A DNA stretch of 21,052 nucleotides from Gemmatimonadota bacterium (GTDB taxonomy: Bacteria; Gemmatimonadota; Gemmatimonadetes; Gemmatimonadales; GWC2-71-9), in the NCBI GenBank assembly GCA_039588295.1, contig JBDHAB010000046.1, positions 1-21,052 on the forward strand, in the 5' to 3' direction. The notes under the pieces are model-generated. The model ran no database searches, was not told the origin of the DNA, and was given only the letters and a program-made list of their open reading frames with translations. Numbering within the stretch: position 1 is the stretch's first letter; the number at the start of each line of letters is the position of its first letter. The position numbers and the translations under genes were made by a program. Below are positions 9,147 through 17,905 of this stretch, in pieces.

Positions 9147-10079
9147 TTATGGTGCGAGCTGTGTGAGCCTGTCTGTCGTTGCTTTGCGCAGCGCATCGGC
9201 CGCCTCGCCGCTCACGGCATCCAATACCACTACGACGAAACGGTCGTGCTGGGTAGATGATGCGAACGTCCCGGCTTCGGTTTCCACGGGTTCCGCGTCG
9301 TCGCCCGCCAGCAAATACTGTTGTCGAAACGAGACGAGCGCTCGACTGGCGTCACCCTCGCTCGGGTAGGAGATGACGACCAGGTATGTGGAACCGGGGG
9401 CATAGCGCGCGAGCACCACATCGGTCTCGGGGCCCAAATTGAGCACGTTCTCGCGCGTCAAGTAGTAGTGGTAGTTCAGTGACTGGTGGAGGTGAAAGAA
9501 CCGATCACTGAACGCGACGAGACCGTCCGAAGGCAGCAGGTGGACGATGGGAGGACGAGTCACCCCAGTTGGGAGGTTCTGTGAGATCGCCCGCGCGATT
9601 TCCTCCAACGCCGTTTCCGGGTCGGCAGAGCCCTGCTCCGCCGCGACGCACACATAGAAGCGATCCTGCCAGAAGCAGAACACTCGGCCCTTGCGCTCAA
9701 AGCCACCGCCGATACCGGCTTCCTCCTGCTCCCTCGCGTAGCTGAACACGCCGTAGGCATCCTCGGTGGTGCCCATGTCGAAGAGCTCGACGGTGATGTG
9801 GGGACTCCCGGAGCGGGCGTAGCGCGCCACCACGACGTCCCTGAAGGCGTACGATCGGTAGACCTCGCCGGCGCCGTCGATGTAGTCGAAGATCGTCTCG
9901 CGATCGTAGGTCTCCGAAGAGTTCTGTCGGATCCAGTCGCTGATTCGATCGGGAAGAAGCATGGCATTCGCTGCGCTATCCGCTTCCGAATCCCCACATC
10001 CTGACAGCGTGGCGCCAAGCAAGAGGCCCAACGCGCCCAGCGTCGCGACCGACGTGTTTGTGAAGAGGGAGCATCGCAT
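9147..10079 (-). CDS. DUF6599-like lipoprotein
   Basis: Lipobox LSGC; YDRETIFDYIDGAGEVY...VELFDMG..AYGVFS motif, shared with paralog at 11722. Start uncertain (ORF extends to 10157). Confidence 0.75.
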   Translation of the reverse strand: MRCSLFTNTSVATLGALGLLLGATLSGCGDSEADSAANAMLLPDRISDWIRQNSSETYDRETIFDYIDGAGEVYRSYAFRDVVVARYARSGSPHITVELFDMGTTEDAYGVFSYAREQEEAGIGGGFERKGRVFCFWQDRFYVCVAAEQGSADPETALEEIARAISQNLPTGVTRPPIVHLLPSDGLVAFSDRFFHLHQSLNYHYYLTRENVLNLGPETDVVLARYAPGSTYLVVISYPSEGDASRALVSFRQQYLLAGDDAEPVETEAGTFASSTQHDRFVVVVLDAVSGEAADALRKATTDRLTQLAP

Positions 10080-10290
10080 GTAGGTCGGTTCAGGAAGCAT
10101 GGCCATCGGCCGTTGAGGTTGTCGGCGAAGGTAGTGCTCGCGAGCGGAGCGGGTCAATCAGGTGGTGCTGACGGTGGTCACCACCAGACATCTGGACAAT
10201 TCCGGTCCACATTCAGCATCTTGATCAAGTGGGAACCTTCGACGCCCGCCGCGCGGCGGGTCCCCAGGTCCAGCGGATGGGAGGGGTGTG

Positions 10291-11688
10291 ATGACGAGGG
10301 ACGCCGAGCCGAATCGCGACCACGGCAGCATCTCCCGCAGGAACTTCCTCAGTGCTGGAAGCGTAGCGCTGGCCGGTGGCGCCATGGTGGGAGCGGGAGC
10401 CACGCCCGCCGCGGGCAGTGTTACGCGTGGCATGTTCCCCAGGCCGCCCCGCGCCGGCGACCGCATCCAGCGCTACCGCACCCTCGGCCGGACCGGGTGG
10501 CAGGTCTCCGATCTCGCTGTGGGGACCAGCAGGCTCAGGGAATCGTCGATCGTCCGGTACGCGTTCGACAAGGGGATGAACTACATCGACACGGCGGAGG
10601 GGTACGGCAACGGCCGAACCGAAAGCATCATCGGCGAGGCCCTCCAGCAGATCGACCGGTCGAAGATGTTCGTCAATACGAAGCTCCGCGTGGGGTCAAG
10701 CGATACCGAGTCGACGATACTGAATCGGGCTCGCGCGAGTCTCGGGCGCCTGCGAACCGACTATCTGGACGCCTTCGGCATGCATCGTCCGCCGACCGTC
10801 GAGTCACTCAATCACGAGGGATTCCACGCCGCGGTGGCCCGGCTCAAGGCCGAGGGTCGGGTACGCTTCACGTGCCTGTCGAATCACGGCCCCCAGGGTC
10901 CCGAGGGGGACAGCATGGCCGACGTGCTGACCGCGGCGGCGGCCGATGGCCGGTTCGACGTCATGCTCCTGGTCTATAACTTCCTCAATCACGACGAAGC
11001 GGACCGAATTCTCGCGGCGTGCAAAGCCAACAGGGTGGGAACCACTGGCATGAAGACCGGCCCTGGCGTCCTCCGTGCCGATCCGGTCGATTCGGACAAC
11101 CTCACGGAAGCGCAGGAGCAGTACGTCGAGCGCATGACGCGCCGAGGGTCGACTCGCGAGCAGGCAATCCAGCGGCTCCAGTCGATGGCGCGACGGCGGC
11201 AGGAGCTATACGATCGGACGCGCCCTTTCGTCGAGCGGTTCGGGATCCAGACCGAAGAGCAACTCCGGCTCGGCAGCGTCCACTGGGCGACCCAGAACCC
11301 CGACATGCACTCGGCGTGTGTGAGCATGCCCAATTTCGAGACGGTGGACAAGGTGGTCGCGCTCTCCGGTACCGAACTGACGCCGATTGAGGAGGACATG
11401 TTGGAAGCGTGCGCGTCGGCGCTGAGCGATCAATACTGCCGCCACGGATGCAACGCCTGTGTCGACAACTGCCCCGACAGCGTCCCGGTGAGCACCATCA
11501 TGCGATACGCCTACTACTACGAAGGACAGGGACGCGAGAAAGATGCGATGGAGCGCTATGCGCATCTGGCCGGCGCGAATGGATCCGCGTGTGCTCACTG
11601 CTCGGCACCTTGCGCCGGCGCTTGCCCCTTCGGCGTTGACGTGCAACCTCAGATGCTGCAGGCGCACGCCCTGCTGACGCTGGCCTAG
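10291..11688 (+). CDS. aldo/keto reductase with Tat signal and C-terminal 4Fe-4S dicluster domain
   Basis: SRRNFL signal; YRTLGRTGWQVS, NYIDTAEGYG, NTK, SLGRLRTDYLD..GMH; C-terminal CRHGCNACVDNCP and CAHCSAPCAGACP. Confidence 0.9.
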   Translation: MTRDAEPNRDHGSISRRNFLSAGSVALAGGAMVGAGATPAAGSVTRGMFPRPPRAGDRIQRYRTLGRTGWQVSDLAVGTSRLRESSIVRYAFDKGMNYIDTAEGYGNGRTESIIGEALQQIDRSKMFVNTKLRVGSSDTESTILNRARASLGRLRTDYLDAFGMHRPPTVESLNHEGFHAAVARLKAEGRVRFTCLSNHGPQGPEGDSMADVLTAAAADGRFDVMLLVYNFLNHDEADRILAACKANRVGTTGMKTGPGVLRADPVDSDNLTEAQEQYVERMTRRGSTREQAIQRLQSMARRRQELYDRTRPFVERFGIQTEEQLRLGSVHWATQNPDMHSACVSMPNFETVDKVVALSGTELTPIEEDMLEACASALSDQYCRHGCNACVDNCPDSVPVSTIMRYAYYYEGQGREKDAMERYAHLAGANGSACAHCSAPCAGACPFGVDVQPQMLQAHALLTLA

Positions 11689-11721
11689 ACGGTGGTCGAG
11701 GGTGAAGGGAATGAGGAGATC

Positions 11722-12588
11722 ATGAGCACACCCCGATCGGCCGGCCCGAGGCTCGTCACTGTCGTTGCCTTCCTCACTGCCGTCACCGCGCTGCTAGCCT
11801 GCTCGGGCGAGCGGCCGGCGTTTCCGTCCGTGGAGGGCTGGACGCGGACTAGTGAGGTACGGGAGTACGCTGCGGACAACTTGTGGCAATACATCAACGG
11901 CGCGGCCGAACTCTTCGTCGAGTACGATGTGCAGACCTGCCAGACCGCGGACCTCACCTCGGAAGGCTTGGTGGTGACGGTCGATCTCTACGACATGGGC
12001 ACACCGTTGAATGCGTTCGGTGTATTCAGCCGAGAACGTGCGGGAACGAGGGTAGCTCTACCGGGTGCGACCGAGGCAGCGATCTCCCCTCCGTACCTGG
12101 CGTTGCTGCTGAAGGGCAGCACGTACGTCAAAGTGAACGCGCTGGAGGGTGAGCTGACTGACGCCAGCGCACGTGCACTGCTCGGGGGAATCGCGCGGTC
12201 GCTGCCCGGAGCGCCGGCCTATCCTGCTGAGATCGATCTGCTGCCTGAGGACGGTAGGATCGCCGGTACCGAGGGATTCCAACGCGAAGGGTTCCTGGGT
12301 CTCTCAGAACTTCGTGACTGCCTGTTCGCCCAGTATGCCGACGAGGGGGGAGAGCCTTGGCAGGGATTCGCGGCCCTCCCGCCGGAGGGATCGTCAGTCG
12401 AGTCAGTCTGGAGAGCATTGGCAGACGAGTGGGAAGCTCTGGATCACGGAGAACAAACGGTGCTCTACTGGGAGATCCCGTACCAGGGACTGGTCGGGGT
12501 AGTGAGGGCCGGGGAGACGATGTTGGGAGTCTCCGGTGCCTCGGACCAAGCGGAGTTGCTAGAGCGGCTGGACGGGTTCGTGCGCTGA
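11722..12588 (+). CDS. DUF6599-like lipoprotein
   Basis: GAGGAG RBS; lipobox LLAC; NLWQYINGAAELF...VDLYDMGTPLNAFGVFSRER motif. Confidence 0.75.
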   Translation: MSTPRSAGPRLVTVVAFLTAVTALLACSGERPAFPSVEGWTRTSEVREYAADNLWQYINGAAELFVEYDVQTCQTADLTSEGLVVTVDLYDMGTPLNAFGVFSRERAGTRVALPGATEAAISPPYLALLLKGSTYVKVNALEGELTDASARALLGGIARSLPGAPAYPAEIDLLPEDGRIAGTEGFQREGFLGLSELRDCLFAQYADEGGEPWQGFAALPPEGSSVESVWRALADEWEALDHGEQTVLYWEIPYQGLVGVVRAGETMLGVSGASDQAELLERLDGFVR

Positions 12589-12615
12589 GCGTCGGAGCTC
12601 CTGACCACCAACGAG

Positions 12616-12862
12616 AAACCCCACAACCACTGAATAGCTGTGGGGTTTTCACTTACCATGCGCCTGCCGCGATTCGTTGCGTTAGCAGACCGCGGGGTGT
12701 GGTGGGGACGTAATGGGGAGGTCAACGCGGGACCTTTGGCTCCGGAGGCAAACCGCGGACGCTCATAGGCGATCATAGGCGTTCATTTGCGCCGTTTTCC
12801 TGCCCTTTGACGACCATGAGCGATCACTAGCGATCATAGATGTTGTGACAGTTTCTGTTACG
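12616..12862 (-). repeat. tRNA-Arg(CCG) 3'-fragment-containing att-like repeat, copy 2
   Basis: Hairpin AAACCCCACA..TGTGGGGTTT 12616-12648. Minus strand reads GCCTCCGGAGCCAAAGGTCCCGCGTT[47 nt]CGAATCGCGGCAGGCGCAT. RGCGATCATA-like decamers at 12758,12768,12778 and 12809-12844. GTGACA-N6-GTTACG at 12845-12862. Confidence 0.85.
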
Positions 12863-12882
12863 GTCCAGGTGCAACGCCGCGG

Positions 12883-12904
12883 CAGCTTCAGGCGGGGGTT
12901 AGGC
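12883..12904. other. attC-like half site (degenerate)
   Basis: GTTAGGC (GTTRRRY) at 12898-12904; on the minus strand GCCTAAC contains the stop codon of the 12899-13186 ORF, followed by CCCCGC-CTGAAGCTG. No complete attC hairpin found. Confidence 0.35.
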
Positions 12905-13186
12905 GGCTCCCCCTCCGGACGGCGAGGAGCCAGCTAGATCCGTCTGCTCCGGCCGTGCTATCTCTGCCAACTCGACTCCTGTACGGATCCGATCACCGAA
13001 TGCGAGATACGCTGCCTCAAGTGCCACGGTGTTCACCGGTCGGCCGAGCCGCTGTTCGCTGACACAAGCGGCGACTATCATGTCCGGAGATACTTTCCGG
13101 AAGCGCATGGCCAAGAGCTGCGTGAAGCCGAGGCGAACGCCGCAGGTGCGAGCCCGAATCCAAGGCTTCATCATATCAAAGAGCAA
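12899..13186 (-). CDS. short FloA/YqfA (flotillin-like)-related protein, possibly a fragment
   Basis: PWIRARTCGVRLGFTQLLAMRFRKVSPDMIV...LEAAYLA resembles the FloA N-terminal conserved block (W..A...GV......L.GMR.R......IV...LE.HYLA), recognised from memory; lacks the TM anchor and C-terminal part. Confidence 0.55.
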   Translation of the reverse strand: MLFDMMKPWIRARTCGVRLGFTQLLAMRFRKVSPDMIVAACVSEQRLGRPVNTVALEAAYLAFGDRIRTGVELAEIARPEQTDLAGSSPSGGGAA

Positions 13187-13468
13187 CCCGATTTGCCCGA
13201 GCTAACCTTCCGCTTGTCTCCGGCCGATGCGAAGTTAAGGGTAGCAGCCTGGGTGGTGGAATGGGCAGACGCAAGGGACTCAACACGCAAGCTCGGAAGC
13301 AGCACGGGAAGCTGGCCCATCATCAGCATGTCCAATATCGCTGGACCCGTTCACCAGATGCCGCCTACACGGTATGATGCGGTGCGAGACGGGGGATTCA
13401 CGCGGCGCACTTGGCCGCAAATACGAAGAGCGGGCAACTCCAATGTCGATGTTGGTGGCTTGGTTCTG

Positions 13469-14116
13469 ATGGGCTTGGTCTCGGGATGCCAGCAGAAACC
13501 TGCCACCGGCAGTCCTGCGGCACTATCCGAGATGGAGACGAGCGGTCAGTGGGCAGTAGAGGCGGATTACGTCGACGCGTGCAGCTGCAAACCCGCTTGT
13601 CCCTGCTTGTATGGTTCGCCACCCACCGAACACAACTGCCAGGGAGCGACCCTGGTTGACATCAAACAGGGGCATTTCGAGAACGTCACTCTGGATGGCG
13701 TGCGTGTCGTCGCCGTGTACAGCGGTGGTGAGTGGATCAAGTTCTATGTGGGCGACAATGCGAGCGCCGCCCAGACCGACGCGGTGGTGAAACTGCTACC
13801 GTCCTTCGAGGAGGTCTTTGCCATCAGCAATGTGATCGAGGTCAAGCGTGTACCTGTTTCACTGACACGGCAAGGTGACCGGGTTCGTTTCTCCGTGCCG
13901 AACACCACCGTTGACATCGAACTGATGCGGGGAGCTGGTGGCCTACCGATCAAGACTGAGGGGCTGCCACATTGGGACTCTGGAAAGGCGCCTCCTTACC
14001 TGGGGCATACCCAGTACCGGATGGTGGAGCTCAAGCATCAGGGTGGCGAGCAGCATTTCAGCTATTCGGGTACAAATGGCTACACCGCCCGTATCGACGA
14101 TGCCGATCGAATGTGA
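13469..14116 (+). CDS. DUF1326 domain (Cys-rich, putative metal-binding) protein, probable lipoprotein; start uncertain
   Basis: W...ADYVDACSCKPACPCLYGSPPTEHNCQG...I.QGHFENVTLDG motif; LVSGC lipobox. The ORF is open from 13193 but its first ~70 codons look non-coding. Confidence 0.75.
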   Translation: MGLVSGCQQKPATGSPAALSEMETSGQWAVEADYVDACSCKPACPCLYGSPPTEHNCQGATLVDIKQGHFENVTLDGVRVVAVYSGGEWIKFYVGDNASAAQTDAVVKLLPSFEEVFAISNVIEVKRVPVSLTRQGDRVRFSVPNTTVDIELMRGAGGLPIKTEGLPHWDSGKAPPYLGHTQYRMVELKHQGGEQHFSYSGTNGYTARIDDADRM

Positions 14117-14307
14117 CATTTGATCCGTGCCTCGTGCTCTGCTTCGGTGCGGGTGCGCCGGATGAGCGGTGGGAAGTGTGGCGCTGCGTGACGTGTGGAT
14201 TTGTGGCGGTGTTTGGATGCGCGGCAGCGTGTTAGGCACCACCAGACTCCGCCGAGTTCAGGCGTGGGCTGCGCGACGTGGGGCGAGGGGCGCTCGAGGG
14301 GCGTAGC

Positions 14308-16434
14308 ATGAAGAACGCATATGACGAGAACCAGGCGCGGGAGCTCGTTCGGCGCTACTCCGACCTTCCGGAGGAGCTGGCCCTGCGCATCTTCACCTCG
14401 CGGCTGCTCGGAAGTGAGACGAGTCTGGTGCTGCACGGGGGCGGGAATACGTCGGTGAAGGTGCGGACGACGAACCTGCTAGGGGACGAGCAGGACGTTC
14501 TCTTCATCAAGGGGAGCGGAGCGGATCTCGCGACGATCGAGCCCGCGGACTTCGCGGGCCTCGACCTGGCCTATTTTCGGCGCTTCCGAGCCCTCGAGGC
14601 GCTCTCCGAAGAGGAGATGGAGATCCAGCTCGAGACCCACCGGCTTCGCACCGACTCGCCTTCGCCCTCGGTCGAGACGCTGCTCCACGCCTTCCTTCCG
14701 CACCGCTACGTCGACCACACGCACGCAGACGCCATCTTGATCCTGACCAACCAGGAGGATGCCGACGAGCTGCTCGAGGCGGCACTGGGTCCGAGGGTGG
14801 CCGTGCTGCCCTACGTCATGCCCGGCCTTCCGCTCGCTCGGCAGGTCATCGAGTGCTACGAGCAGGACCCCGAGCTCGAGGCCATCGTCAGCCGGAGCCA
14901 CGGCATCTTCACCTTCGCGGAAGATGCCAGGACCTCCTACTCGCGCATGATCGAGTACGTGAGCCGCGCGGAATCGTTCATCGAGGAGCGGACACAGCGT
15001 GCGGTCTCGCCCGCTCGCTCCGAGCCAGTCGGGGCGACCGGGTCGGTCGGGTCGGTCGAATTCTCGAGCACGGCCGCGCGGTCGATCCAGGCGCTTCGCG
15101 GCGCCTGCGCCCATCGCGACCCGGAGGGGAGGCTGCACCGCTTCGTGGCCGAGCTCCGGACGACTCCCGACATCGTGGAGCTCTCCCGCTCCGGGCTGCT
15201 CGCCCGCGAGCTGTGCCGCTCGGGTGTCCTCACACCCGATCACGTCATATGGACGAAGAACCAGATGCTCTTCGTCGAGCGGGTTCCGGAGGCGGACGAG
15301 GACCTCGTGGAGTACGTCGGCGAGCTGATCACCGCCTACCGCGAGGACTACGACCGCTACTTCGACGAGCAGCGGAAGGCCAAGAGCGTCGATCGGCGTA
15401 AACTCGACCCCTTTCCGCGCGTGATTCTCGTGGCGGGGGTGGGGCTCGTAGCGCTCGGCGCGACACGCGCGGCGGCGCGGGTCGCCGCGGATATCGCCGT
15501 GCCGACGCTTCGCGCCAAGCGCCTCGCTCACGATCTTGGGAGCTACGTTCCAATCGACGACTCGCACATCTTTGATATGGAGTACTGGAGCCTCCAGCAG
15601 AAGAAGCTCGGCACGCAGGTGGCGCCTCCACTCACGGGACAAGTGGCCTTCGTGACTGGGGCGGGCGGCGCCATCGGCGTCGGCATCGCCGATCGTCTGC
15701 TCGCGGCGGGAGCTCTCGTCGCGATCTCGGACATCGATGAGGACCGCCTGCGCAGGGCCCATGAGCACCTCGCCGAGAGAAGTGAGGCGAGCCGCATCGA
15801 GAGCATCGTCTGCGACGTGACGAGCCCGGGCTCGGTCGAGAGGGCCTTCGAGGAGGTGAGCTGCCGGGCCGGCGGCATCGACATCGTGGTTCCGAACGCG
15901 GGCGTCGCCCACGTCGCGACGCTCGAGGCGCTCACGCCCGAGAAGTTCAGCCAGGTCGTCGGGGTGAACCTGATGGGGACCTTCAACACCATCAAAGCCG
16001 CGATTCCCATCCTGAGGCGCCAGGCGACGGGCGGGAACATCGTGCTGATCAGCAGCAAGAACGTCCCCGACCCGGGAGCCGCTTTCGGGGCGTACAGCGC
16101 CTCCAAGGCCGCCGCACACCAGATTTCGAAGATCGCCGCGCTCGAGCTCGCGGAGCTCGGCGTCCGGGTCAACATGGTGAATCCCGACGCCGTCTTCGGG
16201 GACGAAAATATCTCTTCCGGCCTGTGGGACCTGATCGGGCCGGACCGGATGAAATCGCGCGGACTCGATCCCGAAGGGCTCCGCGACTACTACCGCCAGA
16301 GGAACCTTCTCAAGGTCTCGGTTCAGGCGGAGCACGTGGGCAACGCCGTGGTCTTCTTCGCGAGCGAGCAGACTCCGACCACGGGGGCGAGCCTTCCCGT
16401 GGACGGGGGCGTACCCTCGGCGTTTCCGAGGTAG
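14308..16434 (+). CDS. bifunctional class II aldolase / short-chain dehydrogenase (rhamnulose-1-P aldolase/SDR-like)
   Basis: SRLLG..LVLHGGGNTSVK, KGSG.DL, PSVETLLH, VDHTHAD, HGIFTF (aldolase II); EYWSLQQKKL linker; TGAGGAIG, PNAG, YSASK (SDR). Confidence 0.92.
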   Translation: MKNAYDENQARELVRRYSDLPEELALRIFTSRLLGSETSLVLHGGGNTSVKVRTTNLLGDEQDVLFIKGSGADLATIEPADFAGLDLAYFRRFRALEALSEEEMEIQLETHRLRTDSPSPSVETLLHAFLPHRYVDHTHADAILILTNQEDADELLEAALGPRVAVLPYVMPGLPLARQVIECYEQDPELEAIVSRSHGIFTFAEDARTSYSRMIEYVSRAESFIEERTQRAVSPARSEPVGATGSVGSVEFSSTAARSIQALRGACAHRDPEGRLHRFVAELRTTPDIVELSRSGLLARELCRSGVLTPDHVIWTKNQMLFVERVPEADEDLVEYVGELITAYREDYDRYFDEQRKAKSVDRRKLDPFPRVILVAGVGLVALGATRAAARVAADIAVPTLRAKRLAHDLGSYVPIDDSHIFDMEYWSLQQKKLGTQVAPPLTGQVAFVTGAGGAIGVGIADRLLAAGALVAISDIDEDRLRRAHEHLAERSEASRIESIVCDVTSPGSVERAFEEVSCRAGGIDIVVPNAGVAHVATLEALTPEKFSQVVGVNLMGTFNTIKAAIPILRRQATGGNIVLISSKNVPDPGAAFGAYSASKAAAHQISKIAALELAELGVRVNMVNPDAVFGDENISSGLWDLIGPDRMKSRGLDPEGLRDYYRQRNLLKVSVQAEHVGNAVVFFASEQTPTTGASLPVDGGVPSAFPR

Positions 16435-16455
16435 CGACGGGAGGGCGGCGGAGTC

Positions 16456-16854
16456 ATGCGTCTGATTCACGCGGGGTTGGTCAGCAGCTCGGAAGACAAG
16501 GCCGATCGCTTTTTCGCCGGCGTGCTCGGCCTCGAGAAGACGCGGAGGAGCGCACTCTCGGCGGAGCTGGCGGATCGCCTTTTCGGCATCGACGCGGGCT
16601 GCAAGATCGTGTACTACGGATGCGGGGACCTTGAGCTCGAGGTCTTCCTGATCGATCAGACCGGTCCGCCCGAGATCGCCGGGAGCAGAATCAGCCATCT
16701 CTGCTTGGAGGTGGCGAGTCGGTCCGAGCTTCTCGCGAGGTGTGCGGCGGCGGGCGTCGCGATGCGCGACGCTCCGAAGGGCGACTCTCTCGTCGTCTTC
16801 ATCGAGGATGAGGACGGCAATCTCTACGAGATCAAGGAAAGGAGAGCCTCGTGA
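16456..16854 (+). CDS. VOC/glyoxalase family protein
   Basis: H-x-GL...[39 protein letters not shown] overlap with the next gene. Confidence 0.85.
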   Translation: MRLIHAGLVSSSEDKADRFFAGVLGLEKTRRSALSAELADRLFGIDAGCKIVYYGCGDLELEVFLIDQTGPPEIAGSRISHLCLEVASRSELLARCAAAGVAMRDAPKGDSLVVFIEDEDGNLYEIKERRAS

Positions 16855-17732
16855 TGGCGGATCTCGATTCGGTCAAGCAGAGCAAGCAATTCCATGCCGA
16901 CGTTCCCCAGAAGACCGAGGGCTTCTTTCTGAAGGGATCGAACGCGTACGACTGGGGCATGAAGAACCGGCTGGCGCGCATCTTCAATCCGGAGTCGGGA
17001 AACACCGTGATGCTGGCCTTCGACCACGGCTACTTCCAGGGGCCGACCACGGGGCTCGAACGCGTGGACCTGAGCATCAATCCCCTGATCCCGTATGCGG
17101 ATACGCTGATGGTCACGCGCGGCATCCTCCGCAGCATCATTCCGCCCGCGACGGGCAAGGCGATCGTACTGCGGGCCTCGGGTGGCCCCAGCATCCTGAA
17201 GGAGCTCTCCAACGAGGAGATCGCGGTCGACATCGAGGACTCGATCCGCCTGAACGTCTGCGCCATGGCCGTGCAGGTCTTCATCGGCGGTGAGTACGAG
17301 AAGCAGTCGATCGTCAACATGACCCGGCTCGTCGACATGGGAAACCGCTACGGCATTCCAACGTTGGCGGTGACCGCGGTCGGCAAGGACATGGCCCGCG
17401 ACGCCAAGTACTTCCGACTCGCAACCCGCATCTGCGCCGAGCTCGGCGCCCACTACCTCAAGACCTACTACATCGAGGAGGGCTTCGAGACCGTCACCTC
17501 CTGCTGCCCCGTGCCGATCGTGATCGCGGGCGGCAAGAAGATCCCCGAGCTCGACGCCCTGAAGATGGCCTACAACGCCATCCAGCAGGGCGCCAACGGG
17601 GTGGACATGGGCCGAAACATCTTCCAGTCCGAATCGCCGACGGCCATGATCCAGGCGGTTCGCGCCGTCGTTCACGAAAACGAGACGCCCGAGAGGGCCT
17701 TCGACCTCTACAACACGTTGAAGAGCCGATAG
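16854..17732 (+). CDS. lsrF: 3-hydroxy-5-phosphonooxypentane-2,4-dione thiolase LsrF (class I aldolase fold)
   Basis: [74 protein letters not shown] match LsrF. Confidence 0.92.
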   Translation: MADLDSVKQSKQFHADVPQKTEGFFLKGSNAYDWGMKNRLARIFNPESGNTVMLAFDHGYFQGPTTGLERVDLSINPLIPYADTLMVTRGILRSIIPPATGKAIVLRASGGPSILKELSNEEIAVDIEDSIRLNVCAMAVQVFIGGEYEKQSIVNMTRLVDMGNRYGIPTLAVTAVGKDMARDAKYFRLATRICAELGAHYLKTYYIEEGFETVTSCCPVPIVIAGGKKIPELDALKMAYNAIQQGANGVDMGRNIFQSESPTAMIQAVRAVVHENETPERAFDLYNTLKSR

Positions 17733-17876
17733 CCGGCAGACGACAGACGCCGAACCTACTAATCGGGCTCCTCGCTGTTCCCCTGGGTCGTTTCGGAAGT
17801 CGCGAATACGAGATGTCCGGCGGCGTCCTAGGCGCGGATTCGTTCCATCACGTCTGCCGCCCCGCGGCACTCACGC

Positions 17877-17905
17877 GCTGTGGGGTTTTGATTTGCCATG
17901 CGCCT
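17877..17905 (-). repeat. truncated copy 3 of the att-like repeat
   Basis: GCTGTGGGGTTTTGATTTGCCATGCGCCT aligns with copy 2 GCTGTGGGGTTTTCACTTACCATGCGCCT; similarity ends within the tRNA acceptor-stem strand. Confidence 0.7.

Noticed and set aside
10161..10209. Short inverted repeats (GGTGGTG/CACCACC, TGGAC/GTCCA) in the divergent intergenic region as operators
   Set aside because: Short, not repeated elsewhere, and no cognate regulator in the module.
12694..12722. G-quadruplex in the G-rich insert
   Set aside because: Only two or three long G tracts, and their number is not conserved between copies.
13200..13240. Complete attC site (AGCTAAC...GTTAAGG)
   Set aside because: Only 41 bp with imperfect core consensus, shorter than known attC sites; kept only as a degenerate hint.
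14479..16698. Long antisense ORFs (739 aa here; also 5749-6918, 18357-19667, 1691-2560)
   Set aside because: Shadow ORFs opposite well-supported genes in high-GC DNA; no motifs.
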